The notes under the pieces: model-generated
Database searches by the model: none
Seen by the model: the letters and a program-made list of their open reading frames with translations, nothing else
Told to the model about the DNA's origin: nothing
Program-made: the position numbers and the translations under genes
Assembly: GCA_018985225.1 (NCBI GenBank)
Contig: JADGIF010000268.1
Coordinates: 1 to 12,222, forward strand
DNA length: 12,222 nt
Source of the DNA: Amoeboradix gromovi X-113
Taxonomy: Eukaryota; Fungi; Sanchytriomycota
Direction of reading: 5' to 3'
Shown here: one piece after another, positions 1 to 8,811 of the stretch
How positions within the stretch are numbered: the stretch's first letter is position 1
Layout: the number at the start of each line of letters is the position of its first letter

Positions 1-77
1 AAGAACTCTGAATGGCTACCATTATGTCGCAGTCTTGAAGGAAATGCCCTGGGCTTGCATTGGGGTCGTTTCGCAAA
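1..77 (+). repeat. Identical direct repeat, copy 1 (truncated by the window edge)
   Basis: 1-77 equals 7448-7524 at 77/77 positions. Confidence 0.97.
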
Positions 78-100
78 CTTTGTCGCAAAACAGTTTTATC

Positions 101-2920
101 ATGCAGGACACCGTTAAGACTTCTATGGTTCTGATGGGCTTATCTGGTATTTTGATTTATTTTTATTATAAGACTCCCTCCAAGTATAGCCGTCAAGTAA
201 TTGCTCAGTCTGATGCTATTAATTACCTTCCTGCCTTGTTAGCTCATGAGAATGCGCTGGTAAGAAGCAAAGCCCAGACCCTCCTTTTGGATGTTTCTCT
301 TCCGTATATACCTGAATTATTGGAATCTCTCCAGATATCGAAAAACTCATACATCCTTGAAGCACTGCTTGTAATTTCTCAAAGTCCAACACATATTAAT
401 CATCTATTTGAGCAAAGCACCCTGGCGATTATGGTTGAATATTTATCAATTATACAATACTCTCAAAATACTGCAAACATCAATCTTTCACTAGAAATTA
501 TAAATAATCTTTTAGTTAATGAGGCGCTGTTGAATGAAGCTATAAAATGTAATTTTCTGTTAATCTTAACTAACTTATTGTCACATAACGGCTATGATAC
601 TCAATTGGTAGCTTTCCAAACTTTGTATATAATTTCTGATATACTTCCAATGCAGTTATACATCAACAATATACACGTTCATGTTATAAAACTTATATTG
701 AATGGCACACTCCATGAAGAGCAACTGCAATTTGCAGTGCATGTCTTGTATTTAATATTTACACATTTAAACAACTCCAGTCATTTAGTCCCTTTCCTAG
801 CTGATCTCAAACCAATCGTCACAATCATAATTGCAATAACTAGACACTCTGATGAGCAAACGACGATATTTAGCATCTCACTAATCCATGACTTTCTCTT
901 GAAAGAAATTGCAATAACAGAAATTATTTCATCTCCAATATTGTTGCGCACGCTTCGTAAGTTGTTGATTCAAAACAATAAAGCTATCAAAACAATGGCT
1001 TGCAGGATTATCAAGATCATTATTATTCATTTTCCTGACTATAGAATAAAAATGATTGAAAATGGGATCTTAAAACCGATAATTAACTTGTTACAGCAAT
1101 CTACACTGATAGAGCATGATTTTTTTATACTAGGTTTAATCAAAGAATTTTCTGAATTCAGCATTGCTCACTTATATCTGTTAAATATTGAGTTTCTTTC
1201 TAAACTAATTCAACTGCAATCTGCAGCAACGAGGGCCATCCATATGCTCTACATTCTTGATATTGTCAATGCAGTGGCTATTTTTGAAAACAGAGAATAC
1301 TTTCCTAGCGAGTTGTTATGTAAAATATGTGTTAAAGCTGCTAGCCATGAAAATCCGAACATTCGCAAGAGTAGTCTTTCAGCACTACTCAAGCTTAGTA
1401 TTCTTAGCGTGGACTGTTGCAAGTACGTACACCATGATTTGAATCAACTTCATGATTGTATAAACAGAAATGCGTTAGAGATCGCCAAAATTATGCAAAT
1501 GGTACATGTCCATTACAGTTCCGAATACCTATTAAATACTTTGTTCTGTATGTCTGTTCATTCGCTAAGACAGCAAGTGCAACTCATGATAAATAGCAAG
1601 GAGACTAACTTCTCTATGATGCTTATTCATACAGAGTCAATTTTAATAATCCTCAAATCAACGGCAATCAGTTACGATAAAATCAGATCACTTGACAACA
1701 TATTCGATCCACTAGATACTGCGCTAGCAATGCTTCAAGGCTGTATAATATTAAATTCAATAAATGAAGATGTTGACACATTGTTCATGTATTTCATAGA
1801 GATCATAATTAAATTAGGAATAGACAGCAAACAAGGATACGAATGCTGTATAACTATATTAAGTTTGCCTAAGCACACCGATGCAAAATCAAAACTATTG
1901 ATATATTTGAAAGGTTGTAAATACACAGGACATGTGTCGTACTTTTATAAACAGCTTTTATCGTATGATTTTCTCAAGTACAGGATGGCCGTTATCTATG
2001 ACAAAGTCGACTACTTGGACAGGCTCATACAAGAGAAAACAACCTACTTACAAAGAATACCATTTACCTTGATAATAAGTAATCAGAACACCTGGGGAAT
2101 ACAACATTGCCAATTTAATTTATCATGCCAGTCAGATTGCTACTATTATGAGGTTAGATTGATAACTACCGAGGTAACGCTTGGTTGGTGCATTAAAAAA
2201 GAGTTGTTGGAAAATGAGCCAGTTAAAAGCTATATGCATCAGGGTAAATGGAGGAAAAACGATGTGATAGGGTGCTGGATAGATTTGGACAACAACTGTA
2301 TAGGATACAGTATAAATGGAAATGTTATTGACTATAAACACGAATGCATCAAGCATGATGAATATTATCCTACTATTTCATTATATAACTACCAGGCATG
2401 TGAGGTCCTACTAGGCAAACACTATAACTGCACGATTTATACAAGACACGCAAATATAGCAGATGCATTGACACCTTACAGTCCAATGAAGCATAACAGG
2501 TATATCACGAGACAACTTGAGGTAAAGAATTGGATGAAGCTGGATAAAACGGCAATATTAAACAATAGCTTTGGTATAGAGTGCATAGCACTAGATGCCA
2601 TGTTTGTGGGGTTTAAAAATGATGAGGAATTGGTAGGACTGGGTATACTACAGGACTATGCAGTTTTGATAAGATGCGGGATCGAACATGAAAGCAAACT
2701 GATGGATACTATCATCAGGTATGAGCAGAAAGACACGAGAACAGACATTCAAATTATGCAAGTTTTACCAATCATGCATCGAGAAATGTATTACATAAGA
2801 TGTTACTTAAATAATAAAGCAATCTACGTTATGGAGCACTTGATGTGTATTGGCGAGGTTCTTAGTGATGGGACACCATTTATTCAAGGAAACAAAATTC
2901 ATATGCTATCATTTTGCTGA
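101..2920 (+). CDS. ARM/HEAT-like helical repeat protein with a C-terminal SPRY domain (RSPRY1/RNF123-type SPRY, no RING seen) and a possible N-terminal membrane anchor
   Basis: Long uninterrupted ORF. ATG 101 is preferred because the upstream TTG 35 and in-frame ATG 44 lie inside the duplicated 1-77 repeat. Hydrophobic N-terminus MVLMGLSGILIYFYYK. ARM-like segments such as MIENGILKPIINLL. SPRY motifs YYYEVRLIT..VTLGW, W..NDVIGCWIDLDNNCIGYSING and YYPTISL...QACEVLLG. Confidence 0.75.
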   Translation: MQDTVKTSMVLMGLSGILIYFYYKTPSKYSRQVIAQSDAINYLPALLAHENALVRSKAQTLLLDVSLPYIPELLESLQISKNSYILEALLVISQSPTHINHLFEQSTLAIMVEYLSIIQYSQNTANINLSLEIINNLLVNEALLNEAIKCNFLLILTNLLSHNGYDTQLVAFQTLYIISDILPMQLYINNIHVHVIKLILNGTLHEEQLQFAVHVLYLIFTHLNNSSHLVPFLADLKPIVTIIIAITRHSDEQTTIFSISLIHDFLLKEIAITEIISSPILLRTLRKLLIQNNKAIKTMACRIIKIIIIHFPDYRIKMIENGILKPIINLLQQSTLIEHDFFILGLIKEFSEFSIAHLYLLNIEFLSKLIQLQSAATRAIHMLYILDIVNAVAIFENREYFPSELLCKICVKAASHENPNIRKSSLSALLKLSILSVDCCKYVHHDLNQLHDCINRNALEIAKIMQMVHVHYSSEYLLNTLFCMSVHSLRQQVQLMINSKETNFSMMLIHTESILIILKSTAISYDKIRSLDNIFDPLDTALAMLQGCIILNSINEDVDTLFMYFIEIIIKLGIDSKQGYECCITILSLPKHTDAKSKLLIYLKGCKYTGHVSYFYKQLLSYDFLKYRMAVIYDKVDYLDRLIQEKTTYLQRIPFTLIISNQNTWGIQHCQFNLSCQSDCYYYEVRLITTEVTLGWCIKKELLENEPVKSYMHQGKWRKNDVIGCWIDLDNNCIGYSINGNVIDYKHECIKHDEYYPTISLYNYQACEVLLGKHYNCTIYTRHANIADALTPYSPMKHNRYITRQLEVKNWMKLDKTAILNNSFGIECIALDAMFVGFKNDEELVGLGILQDYAVLIRCGIEHESKLMDTIIRYEQKDTRTDIQIMQVLPIMHREMYYIRCYLNNKAIYVMEHLMCIGEVLSDGTPFIQGNKIHMLSFC

Positions 2921-3030
2921 TAGTAAATAGAATGCTGTGATTTAATTTTACAAGAAGCAAGCGGGTTCGCAAAAAGTAGGCCTTTTGAGCAATTCAGTAA
3001 AACTAACAGGATTTGAACTCCCTGTAACAT

Positions 3031-5745
3031 ATGGAGAGTTCACAACTACGTGAAGACGATAACAACCTAATATTTGACCCATTGCTAGGAGCCATGCAGC
3101 CACCACCGCCGCCTACTCAGATCCTATTTGAAAACGAAAATTTTGATGAAGATCTTTTTCCAAATCATTTCATCGATAACATTCAGGATGAAGAAGTAGA
3201 ATTTGAACATGTGCTTAAAGACACTTTGAGATATGTAGCGGGTTTTAAAAAGGGCAGAAAAAGTGGAAAATTTACATCAGAAGGCCAAATATTAATGGGC
3301 AAGGCAAATTTATTATTTGCGAACAAGGACTACGATGAAGCTGTAATTAAGATAAAACATTGTATACAGTTTTGTCCTAATACTCAACAGCCATGGTACT
3401 TATTAGGTCTCATTTACCAGGAACTTGGAAATGAGTTGAAAGCTATGCAAACTTTTTTTATTGCGGCTCATTTCGATATGAAGAACACACAGCTGTGGCT
3501 AAGACTTGCTAACCTGAGCAAACAACAAAATAAATTAAAGGAAGCTGTTTATTGCACTACAAAAGCCATTCAAAGTAGTCCTAGTACTGATTTATATTTT
3601 ATGAGATCAAGTCTGTTTTTACAAATTAACATGCCTTTCAAATGCGCCAAAGACTATTTGGAAATTGTTAAGCTTAATAAGCACTCTATTTCACTAATGA
3701 TGGAAGCGGTTAATGTATTTCTAAGCAGAAGTAGATTTGACTTAATTTCGCAAATATTGTTGCATGTTTTTGAGGGGTTTAGACTACTCATTACAGATAA
3801 AATTGAGATCAAAAATGTACCTGCTGATAGGCCTTTTACTCCTCTTAACTATATTCATGTTGATCTGTTGTTTGAATCTCTGCTTTGTCAAAAGCTTTAC
3901 AAGGAAGCGTTGATATCTACTAAGTCAGCAATACTCGTTTTATATCATTTCTTAAATAATGCACATGCTGAGTCAAACTTGCTAAAATCTGTGGAAGATG
4001 TAGATCCTCAAGATTTGCAGTTTAATGAGCAGCTATTAACCATGAAGCCAATTGCTGGAATGTCCAATCTAGACGCCGGCTGTCTTCCGCTTACATGGCG
4101 CACATATATTGGCATTTGTAGAAGTTTTATGCGACAGTTAGATGTTGCTAAATCTCATTTTGCTTATTTGTTCAGCTCTTTTAATCCCGCTAATACTTTA
4201 TTGTATGATCAAATATTCTCGATCTTAATTGAGTGTCAATACTACACGACTTGTATCGAGTACATCGATCTCGTTATGAGTCAGGTAAATAATGATTTCA
4301 AATGGACACTATATTACCACAAGGCAGTATCATGTACGCAACTTCAAGACTTTGAATCAGCTTTGAATTACTTTTCTTTGATTATTCAGAATGAGGGTGA
4401 TTATTGTAATGAATCTAGAATACAGATTGCTCAGTTACAAACTCAGTTAAACTTGAACCCACTTGAGGTATGGAGAGATGTAAAAACCACAATTCCCAAC
4501 AATCTTAGAATTCATTTAAATTCCATTACTCTTGAGAATAGTAGACTTGACACTACTGAGCTGCAGTCGTACATGGATATTATAAAAAGCAAATGTAGAG
4601 TTCTACGGTCGGAGTTACTCAAATTGCAGGCGTCACAAGCATCGCACGAGAATTGCGAGTCGGGAGATATTTCGATTCAAATCAAATCTTTGGCTGTGGA
4701 ATGCAGTGAAGCGTACTCGTCATGGTTTGAGTTGTTTTTGAAGACCACTGCTTTCTATTGTAAAGACAGATCCAAAAAGTTTGTCGGTATATTTAATGAT
4801 AAGATGCATTATGCTGACATAGATAACTCACATTTGCATACTGACGGTGATTTGGACTTTATATATCTGAATTGCACGTTTAAGGAATGGTTTGCCATGA
4901 TTCTAAATTTGATTAAGTCATTAGTACTTGCTGATAATGTCCTGGAAGCGATAAACGTGATCAAAAAGTGTATCAGCAGTAACTTGTTTGTCAATTTAAA
5001 TAGGAAGTACTGCATGCTTATACTGCAATGCAGTTTATACAAAAGGTTACATATGTATGAAGAATCAATAGACTCTATAAGATTAATAATTAGCAATGAG
5101 CCATACAACATAAACACATATCATGTGTTTATGCAACTCATCCAGCATGATACAATAGGAATAAGCACAATTAGTAACTCAAACTGTACGCGATGTTTTA
5201 AACGGCATTTGAACAAGTTTGATTCAGTGGTAGAGGTTTCAAGCAACAATATAATTGATTGCAAAACTGCTACACTGATTATAAATGCATATACATTGAT
5301 GAATTCAAGAAGTGTGCAGCCTTCAATAACATACCTGATGAGATGTGTTGTTATGAAGCCAGAGAATGCGTTATTAAACCTGCTGGTAGGCGTTAGTTGG
5401 ATCACAAGGGGAATGAATAGATCAACAGAAGACAGACATTTAAACATAACTACGGGAATAGGCTACCTGCTGAAATATTATAAAATAGAGAAGCGAAGAT
5501 ACTACCAACAAGCGTGTTATAACATGGCAAGAGCGTTCCATCAGATAGGGTTATATGACCACGCCGTGGATTATTATTTAAAATGCATATGTAAAAATGT
5601 AGATGGTAGTTTTAAAAGAGCATTGAAGCAGACTACGGTTAATGAGCTGGACAAATTAGCAGCATACAACATGAGTTTGATCTTAAAGAGCAGCAGGAGT
5701 CTAGGATTAGCAAACGCGTTATTAAATCACATAATTAAGATCTAA
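3031..5745 (+). CDS. TFC4: RNA polymerase III transcription factor TFIIIC TPR subunit (Tfc4/tau131, GTF3C3)
   Basis: 904-aa ORF with an acidic N-terminus. TPR block LMGKANLLFANKDYDEAV...PWYLLGLIYQELG...FFIAAH. C-terminus ACYNMARAFHQIGLYDHAVDYY...AAYNMSLI matches the Tfc4/GTF3C3 family. Confidence 0.92.
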   Translation: MESSQLREDDNNLIFDPLLGAMQPPPPPTQILFENENFDEDLFPNHFIDNIQDEEVEFEHVLKDTLRYVAGFKKGRKSGKFTSEGQILMGKANLLFANKDYDEAVIKIKHCIQFCPNTQQPWYLLGLIYQELGNELKAMQTFFIAAHFDMKNTQLWLRLANLSKQQNKLKEAVYCTTKAIQSSPSTDLYFMRSSLFLQINMPFKCAKDYLEIVKLNKHSISLMMEAVNVFLSRSRFDLISQILLHVFEGFRLLITDKIEIKNVPADRPFTPLNYIHVDLLFESLLCQKLYKEALISTKSAILVLYHFLNNAHAESNLLKSVEDVDPQDLQFNEQLLTMKPIAGMSNLDAGCLPLTWRTYIGICRSFMRQLDVAKSHFAYLFSSFNPANTLLYDQIFSILIECQYYTTCIEYIDLVMSQVNNDFKWTLYYHKAVSCTQLQDFESALNYFSLIIQNEGDYCNESRIQIAQLQTQLNLNPLEVWRDVKTTIPNNLRIHLNSITLENSRLDTTELQSYMDIIKSKCRVLRSELLKLQASQASHENCESGDISIQIKSLAVECSEAYSSWFELFLKTTAFYCKDRSKKFVGIFNDKMHYADIDNSHLHTDGDLDFIYLNCTFKEWFAMILNLIKSLVLADNVLEAINVIKKCISSNLFVNLNRKYCMLILQCSLYKRLHMYEESIDSIRLIISNEPYNINTYHVFMQLIQHDTIGISTISNSNCTRCFKRHLNKFDSVVEVSSNNIIDCKTATLIINAYTLMNSRSVQPSITYLMRCVVMKPENALLNLLVGVSWITRGMNRSTEDRHLNITTGIGYLLKYYKIEKRRYYQQACYNMARAFHQIGLYDHAVDYYLKCICKNVDGSFKRALKQTTVNELDKLAAYNMSLILKSSRSLGLANALLNHIIKI

Positions 5746-6022
5746 AATTAAATAATTTATTTATTAGGTTTGTATCACTAATTAAAAGTGATGGCTTGCT
5801 AAAATCAAAAGTTCTAGGACCAAATTACAAAGCGAGTCCTCCTTTACAGTACTTTTTCGAAGTTTCAGTTTTCGGTGGTATAAATGAATAATGATACATA
5901 TCCCCAACAAATCTTCCGCTGTAATATTGTCACTATGTAGTTCCAGACCACCGCTTTCAATGTATTTTATAATTCTCATACATAAAAATATCTGGGAAAA
6001 CGTATTGAAATGTCTTTAACTC

Positions 6023-6137
6023 CTCGTTAAAAGTCCTGATCTCCGAGAGAATCGAGAATTTCCACAGAGCAACTAGCAATGCTAAATGCTCAGTTACAGT
6101 GCTTGCTCACACTTTCACTACCCTGAGGCGGGATTAA
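6023..6137 (-). ncRNA. Putative Fanzor omegaRNA scaffold, copy A (5' boundary approximate; candidate guide 6003-6022)
   Basis: Lies immediately 3' of the RuvC-III motif. 84 of 106 aligned positions are identical to 10162-10267 by hand, with one 9-nt indel. Hairpins AGTGT-gagcaa-GCACT and GAGCATTTAGC-att-GCTAGTTGCTC. Confidence 0.7.
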
Positions 6138-6149
6138 ATGAGGATGCAT

Positions 6150-6425
6150 ATACTTGATGTATATGTTCCTTGCTGCCATATGGTCTCTATCTCCAAATGA
6201 CAATTGGCACAAGTGTAGCTCTCCAAATTGGTATTCTCGAGAGTATCGCACCTCGTACATGTCTGAATAGTAATTGCTTCATTATATTCAACCATCGTCT
6301 TTCCTCTTTGTTTACACTTGAACTTCAAGCGTTCCTTGAATAAATTGTGCAGATATCTGTTTCCTGGTGTTGAAAGACATCTAATTGTTCCATGTTTGGA
6401 TCAGTTCCTCGACGTTGATCAATTC
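6150..6425 (-). pseudogene. Fanzor2/TnpB C-terminal fragment (RuvC-II region, zinc finger, RuvC-III), frameshifted
   Basis: Reads IRCLST..LHNLFKERLKFKCKQRGKTMVEYNEAITIQTCTRCDTLENTNLESYTCANCHL, then after a frameshift DRDHMAARNIYIKY (DRD at 6183-6191). This matches the H..F..RL..K / E.xTS.TC..C / C..C / DRD..AARNI pattern of TnpB and Fanzor2. Confidence 0.85.
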
Positions 6426-7447
6426 ATGCTCTACGTATTACTTATTTCTTTAGGTTTGACATATTCGGGATTACATCCATTGATTCCATTTACCATTTGT
6501 GAAAAGGAAGAATATCGAATATTTAAGCTATAGGAAGAGTCATGAAATTATATAAAAATGCATACAAATTCGCAATAAATGATTTATTCAAGAAAATAAT
6601 CGAGCTGTCCGTTTTTGTTATGTGATGAGAATCTCGCAAACAGGAATCTTTTTTGAAGAGGTTGTGAACATACCAATGGACTCTTGACGGTATTGTAAAT
6701 CTTATAAGAATATGTTTTCTGACAATGAAAGACATCGAATGTATCTTAAAGAAGAGCTTATTTAGTAGATATAGGTGCATTCTTTAGATTTCTCGTATTT
6801 TGGATCTCGTGGGCTGGACTGTTTGCAATTGACAAAAATAAGTAGAATCAAGGTTTTATGCAGTTAAGTAAGTCTAGAGAGAGATATAGGGGCACTAATG
6901 TAATCACTATGCATGGTTTATCCGATCGAAGTTGATGTCTGTATAATATAAGAATACTAGAACAACGAAATTCCGGGTTACAAAGTTAATTTAGCTATAT
7001 CAGAATTTTGAAAGGAGTTTCCTATAGAATCTGAATGAGTGCAGTGTTTTGCACCATTGGTTTTTGGGCAACTAATTGGTACCACACAACTTTAATGTGC
7101 AAATACAGCCACACATCTGTTTACTACGGTTGCTATGTCATTGAAAAGGAAAAAGATTGGCGTGATAATCATGAATTGCAAACACGAAGACAATTGTCTC
7201 TGTTTTGTTGCTGCAACAGTCGATGGTACGAATAGAAAGGAAAATGGAAAGCAAAAAGAGATGTAGTAGTTTGCTAGAAGGTTGGCTCAGAGAATCATCT
7301 CACCAGACACCCTACGGTACGTGATTGAAGGCTAATTGCGATTTTGGATTGACAACAGAGTTTTTTGTGTGGAGTAACGATCTGCCGCAGAAGTAGAAAA
7401 TGCCGCGCATAGCAATTTGAGCACACAATGAAAAGCCTCTGAGCAGA

Positions 7448-7524
7448 AAGAACTCTGAATGGCTACCATTATGTCGCAGTCTTGAAGGAAATGCCCTGGG
7501 CTTGCATTGGGGTCGTTTCGCAAA
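7448..7524 (+). repeat. Identical direct repeat, copy 2 (may extend further left)
   Basis: Exact match to 1-77; the copies diverge just after TTTCGCAAA. Confidence 0.97.
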
Positions 7525-7580
7525 TTATCTTGTAGATTTCAAATTTTGTGGCGGGTGCTTTTTACCAAGATTTGTAATAT

Positions 7581-8811
7581 ATGATCTTTCAAACCCTCCA
7601 GTTAACGCGTAAAAAAGGAATGGAAGCAAATGTGGTGGGTAACGTTGAGATAGAAGAGCACTTAACTGATTCTCAAGAGCTGTATGTACAAACGAAAAGC
7701 GACTCAACTACGAAAAAGTTGAGAAAATATATCTTTGGAGTGATTACTGAACCAAGCTACAATAAACTGGCTCTGGCAATTTCAAAGATTATGGCGGTTG
7801 TTATCATAGGATCAGTTCTGGAATTTGCCTTGGAAACGGTTGAAGCTTTAAGTCAAACCAGCCAGCAAAGGGTAATATTTGACTCTTTCAGCTTAGGTTT
7901 CAATATAATTTTCAGCTTGGACTACCTTCTAAAAATAATTTTTTTTCCGGATTTTAGTAAGCTACCAAAATATCTGGTAAAACCTTTTTGGCTGGTCGAC
8001 CTAATTTCAATTTTCCCATTTTATTTCGAGCTTATTGTGTCTGCAACTGGTCAGACATCAAGTATAGCTGTCTTGCGCATTGTAAGAATAGTGCGCATAT
8101 TCAGAATATTTCGATTGCTTAAAGCTAGCAGAAACTTTGAGGAAGTGAAACTGTTAGGTTTAGCACTAAAAGAATCACAGGAGGCAATAGTATTGTTACT
8201 GTTTCTTCTAAGCAACCTCATTGTCTTCTTTGCTTCAGTTATCTTCTATTGTGAACAAGGCATAAGTGAGTTTAACTCGGTCGATGGTATGTGGTACTAT
8301 GTTGAGGGCATGAATACAGGGAATGTTTCTAATTTCCAAAGCATTCCGCATACAATGTGGTATCTCGTTGTAACAATGACTACTGTTGGTTATGGTGATA
8401 TGTACTTGTAACTGATTTAGGTTTCCCTATTCAGGACTCAGCAAAGCAATTGCTGCCGTCTCTATGATTGTTGGGATACTGATGATAGCGTTTCCAATCA
8501 TAATTCTAAGCATAAATTTTGGGAACGTTTACAACAATTATCGCGTGCGAAAAGCAGCCAGTATTGTACGCAAAATCAAAAAAAGTGATAGACCCAAATC
8601 AATTGCACCCAGCATTAAATTAAGCAAAGATTTTGATGCATTGATTGCGATAATCAGTCAAGAACTACTTATGAGTTCTAATAAGCTCGATGACATCTCT
8701 TCAAAAATGGGCAGCTTTATTGAAATTAACAGTGACCTGGAACATCGCCTTCTGGCACTTCAGGGCAAATCTGCGCACAACATAACCGCTACCGTCTTAG
8801 ATTTTAATTGA
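7581..8811 (+). CDS. Voltage-gated potassium channel, Kv/Shaker-like 6TM, no T1 domain; join(7581..8401,8421..8811), about 403 aa (alternative start ATG 7620)
   Basis: S3 LVDLISIFPFYFEL, S4 LRIVRIVRIFRIFRLLK, pore FQSIPHTMWYLVVTMTTVGYGD, S6 GILMIAFPIIIL. Removing 8402-8420 gives GYGDMFPYSGLSKAIAAVSMIVG, in frame with ORF 8464-8811. Confidence 0.93.
8402..8420 (+). other. 19-nt spliceosomal intron (GTACTTGTAACTGATTTAG)
   Basis: GT...AG ends and a CTGAT branch-like motif. It contains the in-frame stop. Its removal restores GYGDMxP and the S6 frame; neighbouring GT/AG pairs (8395/8420, 8402/8434) do not. Confidence 0.85.

Larger units (their letters stand above)
6023..6775 (-). mobile_element. 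Decayed Fanzor2/TnpB-like element, copy A (left end not defined)
   Basis: The reverse complement is homologous to 9699-10267. Exact matches: AATTAGATGTCTTTCAACA (6368-6386 vs 9937-9955), ATATCTACTAAA (6761-6772 vs 9699-9710) and the terminal GGACTTTTAACGAG. It encodes TnpB/Fanzor C-terminal motifs. Confidence 0.8.

Noticed and set aside
35-100. N-terminal extension of the first ORF from TTG 35
   Set aside because: It lies mostly in the duplicated 1-77 repeat; ATG 101 gives a plausible signal-anchor start.
1257-5447. Small nested or antisense ORFs (1257-1442, 1735-1926, 2132-2356, 4809-5117, 5121-5447)
   Set aside because: Shadows of the two long genes, with no recognisable motifs.
5782-5979. 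65-aa - strand ORF downstream of Fanzor copy A
   Set aside because: No recognisable motif and no similarity to the Fic sequence after copy B.
6318-6533. 71-aa + strand ORF
   Set aside because: Antisense to the Fanzor relic.
6726-6736. TGAAAGACATC repeated at 6371-6381 within copy A
   Set aside because: An 11-nt match in AT-rich DNA is too short to claim an internal duplication.
7010-7524. Known snRNA, snoRNA, RNase P or tRNA gene in the region before the Kv gene
   Set aside because: No convincing U1, U2, U3, U6, SRP, RNase P/MRP or tRNA signature was found by eye.
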